Positions 37,198 through 48,803 are shown, counted from the first letter of the stretch. The stretch is DNA of 64,000 bases from Alphaproteobacteria bacterium MarineAlpha5_Bin12 (GCA_002937855.1 PTKS01000009.1:5362-69361); one strand, 5' to 3'. The notes: a model not told the origin generated them from the sequence alone. Program-made: numbers and translations.

Positions 37198-37944
37198 ATG
37201 GATCTTAATAAGAAAACTTATTCTAAAACTATAGATCAAACTATGGTAGATGAAGGATTAAGAGCATATATGCTCAAAGTCTACAACTATATGACTACCG
37301 GCTTAATTCTAACTGGTTTAATAGCATGGTTTTTTGGTAAAGCCTCAATTATTACAAATGATTATGGTCAGCTAGTGGGATTAACTTCTCTAGGGGAAAC
37401 ACTATTTTATTCTCCTTTAAAATGGCTGATAATGTTGGCTCCTTTGGGTTTTGTTTTTTATCTAAGTGCAAGAATGCACAAAATGAGTCTTTCTAAAGCT
37501 CAAATTACATTTTGGATTTATTCAGCTATAATGGGACTTTCACTATCTTGGATATTTATAGTTTTTACAAATATTTCAATCGTAAGAGTATTTTTTATCA
37601 GTGCAGCTACTTTTGGTGCGATGAGTTTATATGGATACACAACAAAAAGAGACTTAACTAAACTTGGGGGATTTTTGTTTATGGGTTTAATTGGAATAAT
37701 TATCGCTAGCTTAGTTAATATGTTTATAGGAAGTACAGCATTACAATTTGCTATCTCAATAATCGGAGTTTTAGTTTTTGTAGGGCTCACAGCATATGAT
37801 ACTCAAAAAATTAAAAATATGTATTATGCAGGTGATAGCTCTGATATCGAAGGAAAAAAAGCACTTATGGGTGCTCTAAGGCTTTATCTAGATTTCATAA
37901 ATCTATTTATATTGTTACTTCAATTATTTGGACAAAGAAGATAA
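37198..37944 (+). CDS. Bax inhibitor-1/YccA family membrane protein
   Basis: 248 aa, seven hydrophobic segments, C-terminal GALRLYLDFINLFILLLQLFG. Confidence 0.85.
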   Translation: MDLNKKTYSKTIDQTMVDEGLRAYMLKVYNYMTTGLILTGLIAWFFGKASIITNDYGQLVGLTSLGETLFYSPLKWLIMLAPLGFVFYLSARMHKMSLSKAQITFWIYSAIMGLSLSWIFIVFTNISIVRVFFISAATFGAMSLYGYTTKRDLTKLGGFLFMGLIGIIIASLVNMFIGSTALQFAISIIGVLVFVGLTAYDTQKIKNMYYAGDSSDIEGKKALMGALRLYLDFINLFILLLQLFGQRR

Positions 37945-37947
37945 TAT

Positions 37948-37974
37948 AAAACCCGGCTTTAGCCGGGTTTTTTT
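37948..37974 (+). terminator. Intrinsic terminator whose T-run abuts the next start codon
   Basis: aacccggc-ttta-gccgggtt followed by T7. The ATG of the next gene is at 37975. Confidence 0.8.
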
Positions 37975-39780
37975 ATGAATGAAAAAAATAATAATAAAAA
38001 ATATTTAAATTCTCTTTTAATAAAATATAAAAAGGGAAATAAAAAAGAAGCAATTTCAGAATTAGAATATTATACTACAATAAACCCTAAAGATACTTTA
38101 GCTACATACAATCTTGGAGTAATGTACCAAGAAACAAATCAAATTACAAAATCAATTGAACAATACCTTAAAGTTATCAAAAAAGACAAAAAAAATTGGA
38201 AAGCTTATTTAAATTTAGGTTTACAATATTTTAAGAAAAAAGATTATCAAAAATCAAATGAATATTATTTCAATGTTTTAAAAGTAAATAAAGATTATCA
38301 ACCTGCTCTAAGAGATTTGGGAACAAATTATTTATTATTAAATAATTATAAAAAAGCTGACGAATACTTAAATCGATCAATAAGATTAAATCCTGTCGAC
38401 TACATATGTCTTAATTCTTTAGGGGTGGTAAAAATGAGATTAGATAAATCAGAAGATGCTAAAGATATATTTGAGAGAGCTATTTCAGTAAATAAAGATT
38501 ATTATACTAGTTATAATAATTTAGGGTTATATTATGACCGGATTGGTGAAAAAGAAAAAGCATTTAAAGAATATAAAAAATGTCTAAAAATAGAACCTAA
38601 TTATCCTAATGCATTAAATAATATTGGATTAATATATTATTATTATGAAAATAATGAAAAAGCTTTTGATTGTTTTTTTAAAGCTTTAAAAATTGACCCA
38701 GATATGATTGATATTTATTTCAATCTAGCACACACTTATTTTACTCTTAGAAAATTTGAGGAAGCTGAAAAATGGTTTAAAAAAGGTTTTAAGATGGATC
38801 CACATAATATAACTGGGCACTATAATTATTCATTCTATTTATTAGCCCTTCAACAATATAAAAAAGCCTGGATCGAATATGAATATAGATTAAAAAAACC
38901 ATTAGTAATCTTAAACGATTTGTCATATGAAAATATTAAAGAAAAGCTATGGAGTGGAGAAAAATTAACAAATCAAAAATTATTAGTTTTAAGAGAACAA
39001 GGTGCTGGAGATGAGATACTCTATAGTTCAATGTATCAAGATCTTGCTAATATAAATAAGAATGTAGTTTTTGAAACTGATCCTAGGTTAATCTCCTTAT
39101 TTAAAAGATCTTTCAAAATAAATTTTATAAAAGATAAATTCTATTCAAAAAATGATTTAGATAAATTCGACAAAATCATTTTTGCTGGAAGTTTAGGTAA
39201 ATTTTTTAGAAAAAATATTAATGAATTTCCTAAAAGGAAAAATTATTTAATATCCAATAAAGAAATAGTTAAAAAAATAAATACTAGATTGAATAAATTA
39301 AACAATAATAAAAAGATTGGTATTTCTTGGTTTAGCAAAAATAAAAGAATAGGTGGAGGAAAATCAATAAATTTAAACGAAATGAAACCAATTCTTGAAA
39401 CTAAAGGAGCAACATTTATAAATATGCAATATGATGATCATATAAAAGAAATTAATGATTTTAAAAACACAACTGGAATTGAAATTATTGATTTCAAAGA
39501 TATTGATAAATTTAATGATTTTGAAAGCCTAGCAGGCTTAATAGAGTCTTTGGATTTATTTATTACAGTAAGTAATACTACTGCTCATTTAGCAGCTGCC
39601 TTAGGAAAAGAAACTTGGGTAATGGCTCCAAAAAATGATTCTTTATTATTTTATTGGAATACCGGATCTGATAAAACACCATGGTACTCGAAAGTAAAAA
39701 TATTTCCAAAAATAAATAAATGGGATGAAACAATAGAATTAGTTAAATCAAATTTATCAAATTGGATGAAAAAGAATTAA
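37975..39780 (+). CDS. TPR-repeat protein with C-terminal GT9-like glycosyltransferase domain (paralog A)
   Basis: 601 aa. About 8 TPR units (Y..LG..Y....A...Y.kal.i.P), then EQGAGDEILYSSMY, FKRSF, AGSLGKFFR, GISW, NMQYD and VSNTTAHLAAALGKETWV. Confidence 0.7.
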   Translation: MNEKNNNKKYLNSLLIKYKKGNKKEAISELEYYTTINPKDTLATYNLGVMYQETNQITKSIEQYLKVIKKDKKNWKAYLNLGLQYFKKKDYQKSNEYYFNVLKVNKDYQPALRDLGTNYLLLNNYKKADEYLNRSIRLNPVDYICLNSLGVVKMRLDKSEDAKDIFERAISVNKDYYTSYNNLGLYYDRIGEKEKAFKEYKKCLKIEPNYPNALNNIGLIYYYYENNEKAFDCFFKALKIDPDMIDIYFNLAHTYFTLRKFEEAEKWFKKGFKMDPHNITGHYNYSFYLLALQQYKKAWIEYEYRLKKPLVILNDLSYENIKEKLWSGEKLTNQKLLVLREQGAGDEILYSSMYQDLANINKNVVFETDPRLISLFKRSFKINFIKDKFYSKNDLDKFDKIIFAGSLGKFFRKNINEFPKRKNYLISNKEIVKKINTRLNKLNNNKKIGISWFSKNKRIGGGKSINLNEMKPILETKGATFINMQYDDHIKEINDFKNTTGIEIIDFKDIDKFNDFESLAGLIESLDLFITVSNTTAHLAAALGKETWVMAPKNDSLLFYWNTGSDKTPWYSKVKIFPKINKWDETIELVKSNLSNWMKKN

Positions 39781-40481
39781 ATTTTAAATTTAGATTTTAA
39801 ATAATTATTTTTTTCTTTGTTCCAAAGATCAGCATACTCTACATCTTTCCATTCATCAAACCACGGGCCACCTCTGGTAAAATGAACAGCAAATGGGCTC
39901 TCAGAATTATGTTTTGATGTCCAACCCTCAAGCCAATTCCACCTTTCATCAAGATCTCCAATTTCAATATCTTTTAGCCATTTAAATTGGTGCAAATATG
40001 ATCCGGTCTCTTTGTTTACTAAATCTATCGATAATTTTTTATTTGATGGATGAGAACAGTTAAAAATAATAAAACTTGACCAATTTTTTCTTGGATAAAT
40101 CGTTTGCTGTTGACCATCCATTTTATGTTTTTCAGATGGAGTATAATCATGTTTTACACAATACACGGCTTTGTCTTCTGATAATTTATTAAATAATTTA
40201 TTTGGGTCTTCTAAAAAAAGAATATCAGAGTCACAAAAAACTGCCCAACCCTTATAATTCATTAAAGCTGGAACAAGAAATCTTGTATAAGTAAACTCTG
40301 TTGAAGCTAGAGGATCTTTAATCCTATTATAAAAACCCATAGACCTTAATTCAAATTGTTTTAAAGCAAATACTTTAATTGTTGAAGAAGAATTATTAAG
40401 AATTGATTGCTTGCAAACTCTATAAGCTATATCTTCCTTTGGATCATATCCAATAAAAAAAACTGGTTTTTCTATATTCAT
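39777..40481 (-). CDS. GT-A fold glycosyltransferase (GT8-like, DxD)
   Basis: STEFTYTRFLVP and VFCDSDILFLED (DxD) motifs. Confidence 0.5.
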   Translation of the reverse strand: MNIEKPVFFIGYDPKEDIAYRVCKQSILNNSSSTIKVFALKQFELRSMGFYNRIKDPLASTEFTYTRFLVPALMNYKGWAVFCDSDILFLEDPNKLFNKLSEDKAVYCVKHDYTPSEKHKMDGQQQTIYPRKNWSSFIIFNCSHPSNKKLSIDLVNKETGSYLHQFKWLKDIEIGDLDERWNWLEGWTSKHNSESPFAVHFTRGGPWFDEWKDVEYADLWNKEKNNYLKSKFKI

Positions 40482-40534
40482 ATTATTAATTATCTATTGA
40501 TACTAAAAATTTAACTAAAAACCCATACAATTTT

Positions 40535-41866
40535 TTACGAAGAACCTATAATATTAGGAATTAAATTATTTTTTTCTTTTATTTTATCAGTTTTAGGCCA
40601 AGTCCATTCTAAAGAATTTAAAAAACCTCCCTCGCTAACTGGAGACCAGTTATCTTGGATATAGCCAGTATATTTGCATACCCAAGTTTTTTCATAATCG
40701 CCCATTAATATTCTATTTTTCCAAGAATTTGCTTTTTGTGCATTTCCTGACATACCTAACTCTATGTCATGCATAACTTCACAAACTGTTTTACTTGGTT
40801 TTGAGGATAATAGTGGTTTCATTAAATTTTTAGCTCTTTCCCAATTTTTTTCTAAAATATGCGCCTTAGCCATTGCAATAATAGAATCATATTCATTAGG
40901 ATTATTTTTAATCAATTTAGAAACATTGTTAATAATGTTGGTATTTTCACTCCTAGAGATATTAACATATTCATCAAATAACATTTGATGTGGAAAGTGT
41001 GCCCAACACTTTAAAATTAATTTTTTTGCTTTTGTAAATTCATTATTATTTATTAAAAGTGATGAAAATTTCTTAACTATAGGGGGATAGTTTGGTCTAT
41101 CATTGTTTGCTATACTTAATAAATTAATTGCTTCTTGAGAAGAAAAGCTTTCTTTTATTATTGCAATTTCATAATTTGCAGATGAATTAGTTTCTTGAAA
41201 TTCTTGTTTTGAAATAATTTTTTTGTAATAAGCATCTTTATTAATTTCAATTAATTTTTGCCAATTTTGTGTTTTAACTATTATTTGAATTATTGTTTCA
41301 AATATCCATTCTAATTTATAATTGATTTTATATATCTCTTCTGCATATATAAGAGCATGATGAAAATCTTGTTTTTTCAAATTTTGTTCAAGTAATCCTC
41401 TAAATCCTATTATTTTAGTATCTGAAAGTTGAAGCATTTGATTATAATATTTTTCTGCAATATCATTTTTTTTTGCTTTTTTTGCTGACTCAGCTTTGAG
41501 TATTAAAGAAATTGGATTATCTTTTAAATAATTGTCAATTCTATTTGCTTGAACAATCAATTCCTTATCATCATTATTTGACATAGCTGCAATAGCTTTG
41601 ACAATAGATGTTATACCTTTATTATAATTGTTGATAACCATAGAATTTCTAATTTTTTTTGGAGACTGTCTAAAAAAAATATAAATTCGGTAAATAATCA
41701 ATATCAATACTATTAAAAAAACAGAAATAAAAATTATACTACTAATTTTGCTTGTAAAAATAATACCTTCCCAAAAGAAATCTACTCTTTGCTCAAAGGA
41801 CATTATCCAAAGAAATAGTATAATTAATATTAAAACCTGAAATAATAAATAAAAGAATTTAGTCAT
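40535..41866 (-). CDS. hemY: HemY-like heme-biosynthesis-associated TPR membrane protein
   Basis: 443 aa. Two N-terminal TM helices followed by a TPR-like helical region. It overlaps the upstream coiled-coil gene by 4 nt, as in the alphaproteobacterial mic60-hemY locus. Confidence 0.6.
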   Translation of the reverse strand: MTKFFYLLFQVLILIILFLWIMSFEQRVDFFWEGIIFTSKISSIIFISVFLIVLILIIYRIYIFFRQSPKKIRNSMVINNYNKGITSIVKAIAAMSNNDDKELIVQANRIDNYLKDNPISLILKAESAKKAKKNDIAEKYYNQMLQLSDTKIIGFRGLLEQNLKKQDFHHALIYAEEIYKINYKLEWIFETIIQIIVKTQNWQKLIEINKDAYYKKIISKQEFQETNSSANYEIAIIKESFSSQEAINLLSIANNDRPNYPPIVKKFSSLLINNNEFTKAKKLILKCWAHFPHQMLFDEYVNISRSENTNIINNVSKLIKNNPNEYDSIIAMAKAHILEKNWERAKNLMKPLLSSKPSKTVCEVMHDIELGMSGNAQKANSWKNRILMGDYEKTWVCKYTGYIQDNWSPVSEGGFLNSLEWTWPKTDKIKEKNNLIPNIIGSS

Positions 41867-42753
41867 TGTGCTTGCATTTCGTTTTTAATTAACTCTATTA
41901 ATTTATAAGATTCGCTATATTTTTCTGCTTCTTTTATCCATATTTTGAAATACAATTCTATATCTTCAATTTTTAATAATTCATCTATTGCATTTTGGAT
42001 ATTTTTTTGATCTAAATAAATTTTTGCTGAAGAAAGTCTTTTCACATTTTTATCTTCTGAAATGTTATTTCGATCAGGCTTAAGATTAAAAATATTTAAA
42101 AAAAATTGAATAAAAAATGAATCACCAGATTTTTTAATTAAATATTCTCTTAAAAACAAATCGCTACTTGAATTAAAGTTATTCTTTAATTCAGTATAAC
42201 TTTTAACACCTTCATTAGCTATTATAGATAATTTTTCTAAGTGAGATATTGCAATGTTAGTTGAAAGTATTTTAAACAGTTCATCAATTATATCATCATA
42301 GCTTAATCCCTTTTCAATACTTAATTGAATATTGGATAAATATTTATCAATAAGAAAAATCTTTTCATTAATTAAATTTCCTTCTTGAGATAAATTATTA
42401 GCAATACTTTTATCTTTTTTTAAAATTAATATTTGATTTAAAATTTCATCTAAATCTTCTTTTTTAACAGTGTTGTTTGATAAATCATCTCTGGATTCTA
42501 ATGATTGAATTTTATTCTCAATATTTTCAATTTTTTTAATTAAATCAATAACTGATTTATTTGTTTTCTCAAGACTAGTTGAAACCTGTTCTTGGATTAT
42601 ATTTATTTCGGATAATTGATTATTATCCCCTAAATTCATTTGTTTAACATAGCCCTTATAAAAAACATAAATAAGAAAGATTATAATTAATAACAATATG
42701 ATTGATGAGGATAATTTTGTTAAAAAATAAAAGTTTTTTAATATTTTTTGCAT
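41863..42753 (-). CDS. N-terminally anchored coiled-coil protein, candidate alphaMIC60 (mitofilin-like)/HemX-like
   Basis: 296 aa with one TM helix and a long coiled coil. It sits immediately upstream of hemY-like. The call rests mainly on synteny. Confidence 0.4.
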   Translation of the reverse strand: MQKILKNFYFLTKLSSSIILLLIIIFLIYVFYKGYVKQMNLGDNNQLSEINIIQEQVSTSLEKTNKSVIDLIKKIENIENKIQSLESRDDLSNNTVKKEDLDEILNQILILKKDKSIANNLSQEGNLINEKIFLIDKYLSNIQLSIEKGLSYDDIIDELFKILSTNIAISHLEKLSIIANEGVKSYTELKNNFNSSSDLFLREYLIKKSGDSFFIQFFLNIFNLKPDRNNISEDKNVKRLSSAKIYLDQKNIQNAIDELLKIEDIELYFKIWIKEAEKYSESYKLIELIKNEMQAQ

Positions 42754-42827
42754 ACTTTAATATTAATTTATTATAATATTAGTATTATTTTAACACGTAT
42801 TCTAACAATTAAAAATTACGGTATAAG

Positions 42828-43844
42828 TTGATATTTGCCATAGAAACAAGTTGTGATGAGACATCAACAGCAATTGTTGATTTTAAGGGAAAAATATTGA
42901 GCCATATTGTTACTAATCAAGAGGAGCATAGAAAATTTGGAGGGGTTGTTCCTGAATTAGCATCAAGAGCACATCTTCAAATACTACAAAATATAATTCC
43001 AGAAACTATAAAAAATGCCGGTCTTTCTAAAGAATCGATCAATATTTTTTGCGCAACTTGTGGTCCTGGACTTATAGGGGGTCTTTTAGTTGGATCTACT
43101 GTAGCTAAAGCAATGGCAGTTGCTTCTAATAAACCATTTTATCCAATAAATCACCTTGAAGGACATGCGCTATCAGTTCAAATAAATGATAAAGTATCTT
43201 TTCCATTTTTATTGTTATTGATATCAGGTGGACATACTCAATTTTATTTAGTTAATAATGTAGGATCTTACAAATTATTAGGGTCCACTATTGATGATTC
43301 AGTGGGTGAATGTTTTGATAAAGTCGCAAAAATGATAAATATGCCCTATCCAGGAGGAAAATATATAGAATCAAAATCAAAAAATGGAAATAAAAATAAA
43401 TTTAATTTTCCAAAACCACTTTTAAAAAAAAATAATTTAGATTTTTCATTTTCAGGTTTAAAAACTGCAGTTAAACTTGAGGTAAACAAAAGTAAAAAAA
43501 TTAATAATAAATTTAAAGAAGACTTAAGTGCCTCATTTCAAGAAACAGTTACAAATATTTTAACTATAAAAATGAAATTTGCTATTCAACACTGCAAAAG
43601 AAATTATCCAAAAGTTAAAAACGTTGTAGTTGCAGGAGGTGTAGCTGCAAATAACTCAATTCGCCTATCCTTAAAAGAATTATGTGAAGAAAATAAATTA
43701 AACATTTATTATCCTCCTGTTTCATTATGTGGCGATAACGCTGCGATGATTGGCTGGGCATGCCTTCAAAGATTTAAAATTGGATATAAGGGTAATATTA
43801 ACTTTAGGCCACGACCAAGATGGTCATTAAATGAGATAATTTAA
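42828..43844 (+). CDS. tsaD: tRNA N6-adenosine threonylcarbamoyltransferase
   Basis: IETSCDETS, INHLEGH and GGVAAN motifs. TTG start. Confidence 0.93.
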   Translation: MIFAIETSCDETSTAIVDFKGKILSHIVTNQEEHRKFGGVVPELASRAHLQILQNIIPETIKNAGLSKESINIFCATCGPGLIGGLLVGSTVAKAMAVASNKPFYPINHLEGHALSVQINDKVSFPFLLLLISGGHTQFYLVNNVGSYKLLGSTIDDSVGECFDKVAKMINMPYPGGKYIESKSKNGNKNKFNFPKPLLKKNNLDFSFSGLKTAVKLEVNKSKKINNKFKEDLSASFQETVTNILTIKMKFAIQHCKRNYPKVKNVVVAGGVAANNSIRLSLKELCEENKLNIYYPPVSLCGDNAAMIGWACLQRFKIGYKGNINFRPRPRWSLNEII

Positions 43845-44942
43845 TCACCCCGAAACATCTGACAAAATTTTATTTATTGAAAAATTATTACTCTCGTTAT
43901 CTCTTTTTAATATAAGCTCATGAATATGTTTTTGAATTTTAGATTGTTCTGAATGAATTATTTTCCATTTTAAATCGAATGGATATTCTCTAATCTTTGT
44001 TTCATATTTTTCATATCTATTAATACACACAAAGTTACCTTTGTCTTTTATTATTCGATGAATATTTGTAAAATAATATTTAATCATTTCTTTTGTCATT
44101 TCCATCATTGATCTGATATTAATAATTAAATCTAAAGACTTATTAGGTATTCTTATAATCTCCCAATAGGGTAATAATAAGAAATCGAATTCATAATTAA
44201 AAATTTTTTCACCATCTTTTTTTAAATCTGTTAAAAATAAAAATTTTGAGTTAGGAAACTCCTGACTTAAATAGTAATTTTGTACTGCTAAAACTTCCGG
44301 TAAATCTATAATTATACATTTAATGCCCTTATAATTATGCTTAATTTTAGAAATTAAACCACCATATCCGCTTCCTATTTCTAATAATGTAATAGGTTTT
44401 GTAGAGAGTGATTTTTTTAAATAATTACAAATAATAAAGAAATAATATATGTCTGATAAATCGTGATTATTACAAAAGTAATTTTTATTACTATAATTTT
44501 TATTTTTTTTTGGATCAATTTTAAAAAATGTTTTAGTAGGTGACCCTACGTTAGACTGAATATTTTTTAAAACAAAATCTAATCCACACAAGCCAAATAA
44601 GGAATTTAAAAAATTTAAATTTTTTTTATTTTCTTCTGCATCAATTATGTTTTCACTAATAAGATCTTTAAAATCAAACTTCTCTCTTAAATCCCATCCA
44701 TTTGAAAAGTTGTTGTTTTGATTAGTTCTTGAATTGGAAAAATTCATTAAATTATCATTAAATCCAATTGATATGGAGTTTCTTAAAAAATTTGGCCAGA
44801 ATTCTGTCCTAGCTATTATTTTTTTAAAATCACTATTAAAAACATCCCAATGTTCACCTATATCTATCTTATCAGAAGTATTTTCTGATAATGAATAATT
44901 TTTATACATTGTAGAAAATGGTTGTTTTAGCTTCATATTCAT
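43845..44942 (-). CDS. Class I SAM-dependent methyltransferase (sugar O-methyltransferase-like)
   Basis: 365 aa. Motif I LLEIGSGYGGL sits in the C-terminal half. The N-terminal half was not recognised. Confidence 0.5.
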   Translation of the reverse strand: MNMKLKQPFSTMYKNYSLSENTSDKIDIGEHWDVFNSDFKKIIARTEFWPNFLRNSISIGFNDNLMNFSNSRTNQNNNFSNGWDLREKFDFKDLISENIIDAEENKKNLNFLNSLFGLCGLDFVLKNIQSNVGSPTKTFFKIDPKKNKNYSNKNYFCNNHDLSDIYYFFIICNYLKKSLSTKPITLLEIGSGYGGLISKIKHNYKGIKCIIIDLPEVLAVQNYYLSQEFPNSKFLFLTDLKKDGEKIFNYEFDFLLLPYWEIIRIPNKSLDLIINIRSMMEMTKEMIKYYFTNIHRIIKDKGNFVCINRYEKYETKIREYPFDLKWKIIHSEQSKIQKHIHELILKRDNESNNFSINKILSDVSG

Positions 44943-45007
44943 AAATAATAGTTATTTTATTTTATAATTAAAGCAATATAATTATATTAGATTTAAAATA
45001 AATAAAA

Positions 45008-45415
45008 ATGAAATATTGGCTTATAAAAACTGAACCAAGTACATGGTCTTGGCAAGATCAAGTAAAAGCAAAAATAACAAATTGGGATGGAGTAAGAAAT
45101 TATCAAGCTAGAAATAATCTAATTAAAATGAAAATTGGTGATTTATGTTTTTTTTATCACTCCGTAAAAGAAAAAAAAATTATTGGGATTGTTAAAGTTG
45201 TTAAAGAGTCTTATCCTGATAAGACAGATAAGACTAAAAGATTTGTAATGATAAATGTAAAAACTTATAAAAAATTAAATAAACCAGTTTCACTTGAGGA
45301 AATTAAAGGAAATAAAAAATTAAACCACTTAAGTTTAATAAAACAATCAAGATTATCAGTAATGCCAATTGACTATAAATCATGGTTAATTATAATGAAA
45401 TTATCTAAAGCTTAA
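45008..45415 (+). CDS. EVE (PUA-like) domain protein
   Basis: [15 protein letters not shown]...[11 protein letters not shown] is the typical EVE N-terminus. Confidence 0.8.
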   Translation: MKYWLIKTEPSTWSWQDQVKAKITNWDGVRNYQARNNLIKMKIGDLCFFYHSVKEKKIIGIVKVVKESYPDKTDKTKRFVMINVKTYKKLNKPVSLEEIKGNKKLNHLSLIKQSRLSVMPIDYKSWLIIMKLSKA

Positions 45416-45417
45416 TA

Positions 45418-47355
45418 ATGTCAAACAAAAATAATATATTTAAAACACAAACTGCATGGCAAAAAAATTCTTATTTTAATAAAAAAACTTATGAAGAAAA
45501 ATATAGGGAATCAATCGAAAATAATGAACAGTTTTGGGCAAAAGAAGGTAAAAGGATTGATTGGATCAAACCTTATTCGAAAATTAAAAAAGTAAAATAT
45601 AGTGACAAAGAAGTTTATATAAATTGGTATTATGATGGAAAATTAAATGCTTCAGTAAATTGTATAGATAGACATTTGCAAGACAAAGGAGATAAAATAG
45701 CAATAATTTGGGAAAGTGATGATCCCAACATATCAAAAAAAATAACCTATAAAGAGCTTCATACTAATGTTTGTAAAACGGCTAATGGCTTAAAAAAAAT
45801 TGGAGTAAAAAAAGGTGATAGAGTTACAATATACTTATCAATGATTCCGGAATTGGCTTATGTTATGTTGGCTTGTGCAAGAATTGGAGCAATACATTCT
45901 ATAATATTTGGAGGATTTTCTTCAGAATCAATTGCTGGAAGAATTTCTGATTGTGATTCACATTATATAATAACTGCAGATGAAGGAATAAGGGGAGGAA
46001 AAACTATACCTCTAAAAAAAATTACGGATGATGCTTTATCTAAATGTCCAAACATTAAAAAATGCATAGTAGTTAAAAACACAGGTGCAGAAGTTGCTTG
46101 GGATAAAGTTAGAGACATTTCATATGATGAAATGATAAAGAATGTATCTGCAGAGTGTGAGCCTGAGGAAATGGAATCAGAAGATCCTCTGTTTATACTT
46201 TATACTTCGGGTTCTACTGGCAAACCAAAAGGTGTTCTCCATACTACTGGTGGTTATATGGTATATGCATCAATGACACACCAGTATATTTTTAATTATA
46301 AAGAAGGTGATATATATTGGTGCACAGCAGATATAGGTTGGGTAACTGGACATAGTTATATAATCTATGGGCCCTTGGCAAACGGCGCTACTACAATAAT
46401 GTTTGAAGGTGTTCCAAATTACCCAGATGCTTCTAGATTTTGGGAAGTTGTCGACAAACATCAAGTTAATATATTTTATACAGCACCAACAGCTATTAGA
46501 GCTCTTATGAAGGAAGGGAAAAAACCAGTAGAAAAGACTTCTAGAAAATCTCTTAAATTACTTGGAACAGTTGGTGAACCAATTAATCCCGAAGCTTGGT
46601 TGTGGTATTTTAACGTGCCCGGAGGATCTAAATGTCCAATTGTAGATACATGGTGGCAAACAGAAACAGGCGGGATACTTATTGCTCCTCAAGTTGGAGC
46701 GATTGATTTGAAACCTGGATCAGCAACTAAGCCTTTTTTTGGTATACAACCTTTAGTTGTAGACACAAAAGGAAATGTCTTAGAAGGTGAATGTGAGGGA
46801 AGACTTTGTATTGCTGACTCTTGGCCAGGTCAAATGAGAACAGTGTATGGCGATCATGAAAGATTTATCAAAACTTATTTTTCTCAATTTAACGGAAAAT
46901 ATTTTTCTGGTGATGGATGTAGAAGAGATAAGGATGGAGATTATTGGATCACTGGAAGAGTGGATGATGTTATTATTGTTTCTGGTCATAATCTTGGTAC
47001 AGCTGAATTAGAAAGTGCATTTGTTGCCCATCCAAAAGTAGCTGAATCAGCAATTGTTGGATACCCCCATGAAATAAAAGGAAATGGTCTTTATTGCTAC
47101 GTGACATTAAATACAGGGCAAGAACCCTCAGATTTTTTAAAAAAAGAATTGAAGGATTGGGTAAGAAAAGAAATAGGCCCTATAGCAACTCCTGATATCA
47201 TTCATTTTACTCCAAGTTTACCAAAAACAAGATCAGGAAAAATTATGAGAAGGATTTTAAGAAAAATTGCATCAAAAGAATTTGATCAATTAGGGGATAC
47301 TTCAACTCTAGCAGATCCTAGTATAGTGCAAGATTTAATTAATTCTAAGGTATGA
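45418..47355 (+). CDS. acs: Acetyl-CoA synthetase
   Basis: 645 aa. [14 protein letters not shown]-binding motif, [19 protein letters not shown]. Confidence 0.95.
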   Translation: MSNKNNIFKTQTAWQKNSYFNKKTYEEKYRESIENNEQFWAKEGKRIDWIKPYSKIKKVKYSDKEVYINWYYDGKLNASVNCIDRHLQDKGDKIAIIWESDDPNISKKITYKELHTNVCKTANGLKKIGVKKGDRVTIYLSMIPELAYVMLACARIGAIHSIIFGGFSSESIAGRISDCDSHYIITADEGIRGGKTIPLKKITDDALSKCPNIKKCIVVKNTGAEVAWDKVRDISYDEMIKNVSAECEPEEMESEDPLFILYTSGSTGKPKGVLHTTGGYMVYASMTHQYIFNYKEGDIYWCTADIGWVTGHSYIIYGPLANGATTIMFEGVPNYPDASRFWEVVDKHQVNIFYTAPTAIRALMKEGKKPVEKTSRKSLKLLGTVGEPINPEAWLWYFNVPGGSKCPIVDTWWQTETGGILIAPQVGAIDLKPGSATKPFFGIQPLVVDTKGNVLEGECEGRLCIADSWPGQMRTVYGDHERFIKTYFSQFNGKYFSGDGCRRDKDGDYWITGRVDDVIIVSGHNLGTAELESAFVAHPKVAESAIVGYPHEIKGNGLYCYVTLNTGQEPSDFLKKELKDWVRKEIGPIATPDIIHFTPSLPKTRSGKIMRRILRKIASKEFDQLGDTSTLADPSIVQDLINSKV

Positions 47356-48792
47356 TTATAAAAAATTCTTTTCTTTTGAAACTACATCTGAAAGATTTTG
47401 ATTAAACTGAACGATTTTTAAATTTTTATACCAATCATTCTTCGATTTTTGATTTAAAATTGATTCATATTCTGAATGATAAAAGGCTAAACATTTTTTC
47501 CCTATCGCCCCAGCTAAATGAATGGTTACATTAGGAGATGTTACCACACAATCTAGAGTATGTATTAGTGCAATAGTTTCATCAATATCATTAAATAAAT
47601 CAAGATCATTTATTTTTAATATTTTGTTTTCATTTTTTAAATTAAATTCATCAAGATCTTTTGTTTCACCATATTGTAAATTGACAATAAGATAATTTTT
47701 ATCTTTAATTATTGATTTAAAATCTTTTAATTCAAAAGATTTATTATGTGCAAATCTAGAAGAACTTTTCCAAGACAAGCCTATTATTTTTTTAAAACTA
47801 TAATTTTTAAATAATAATTCATATTTTGAAACTTTTTCTAAATTAGGTTTTAAAAAAGATTTTGTCATAAAATCACTAGAATTTTTTCTAAAATATTTTC
47901 CTAAACTTCCAGCATATATAAACTCATACCCATTTCTTACAAGGTCTCTAATCCTATCATAATTATCAAGGTTTATATATTCGTGGTCGCCAAAACTTCT
48001 TTTAAAGATTGTATTTAATCGCGAATCTATTAGAAATTTTAGCTCAGTATGGCATTTCAATAAGTCATTATATATAGAGCTAAAAAGAATTTTATCGCCT
48101 ATTCCCTGCTCTGATACAACTACTAGTTTTTTGACACTTTTAATATCTTTATTTTTAAATAGGTTTTTTTCTATTATTGAAAATAATGTTCCCTTATTTT
48201 GGCCAGAATATATTCTGCTTTCAAAATAATCCCAGGCTTCGGAGTATTTTTGTTGAGATAATAATATTAATCCCTTACCTTTTTTTATTTCAGGAATATT
48301 CGAATCAATAGATATGCCCTTTTCATAAAATTTCAAAGCTTCTGTAATCTTATTTTGCTTTTTATATAAATTACCAATATTTTTATAATAATGAGGATTT
48401 TGAGGTTTAAGTTCTAGGGCTTGTAAATAATATTTTTCAGCTTCAGAATAATTATAAGTTAATAGATATGAATATGCTAAGTTAACTATAGCTGGCTCAT
48501 TTTTATTATCTATATTTAATATCTTTTTGTAAGAGTTTTGAGCTTCAACAAACAAATTATTTTTAATCAGCGCCTCTGAGTATGCAAATAAATATTCAAT
48601 ACTTTGATTTAATGCTAGAGCTTTTTGAAAATATTCTATTGCTTCTTCAATATTATTAATTTTTAAATTTATAATTCCTAATAGATAAAAAGCTTTACTA
48701 TTGCTAGAGTCTGTGGTGATGATTTTTTTTAAATCTTTTTGTGCATTCTCATAATCTTGTTTATTAATTTTATTAATAATTTGATCTAACAT
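47356..48792 (-). CDS. TPR-repeat protein with C-terminal GT9-like glycosyltransferase domain (paralog B)
   Basis: 478 aa. TPR units, then EQGIGDKILFSSIY, FKRSF, AGSLGKYFR, GLSWKS, NLQYG and SPNVTIHLAGAIGKK. Confidence 0.7.
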   Translation of the reverse strand: MLDQIINKINKQDYENAQKDLKKIITTDSSNSKAFYLLGIINLKINNIEEAIEYFQKALALNQSIEYLFAYSEALIKNNLFVEAQNSYKKILNIDNKNEPAIVNLAYSYLLTYNYSEAEKYYLQALELKPQNPHYYKNIGNLYKKQNKITEALKFYEKGISIDSNIPEIKKGKGLILLSQQKYSEAWDYFESRIYSGQNKGTLFSIIEKNLFKNKDIKSVKKLVVVSEQGIGDKILFSSIYNDLLKCHTELKFLIDSRLNTIFKRSFGDHEYINLDNYDRIRDLVRNGYEFIYAGSLGKYFRKNSSDFMTKSFLKPNLEKVSKYELLFKNYSFKKIIGLSWKSSSRFAHNKSFELKDFKSIIKDKNYLIVNLQYGETKDLDEFNLKNENKILKINDLDLFNDIDETIALIHTLDCVVTSPNVTIHLAGAIGKKCLAFYHSEYESILNQKSKNDWYKNLKIVQFNQNLSDVVSKEKNFL

Positions 48793-48803
48793 TTTATTTT
48801 AAA

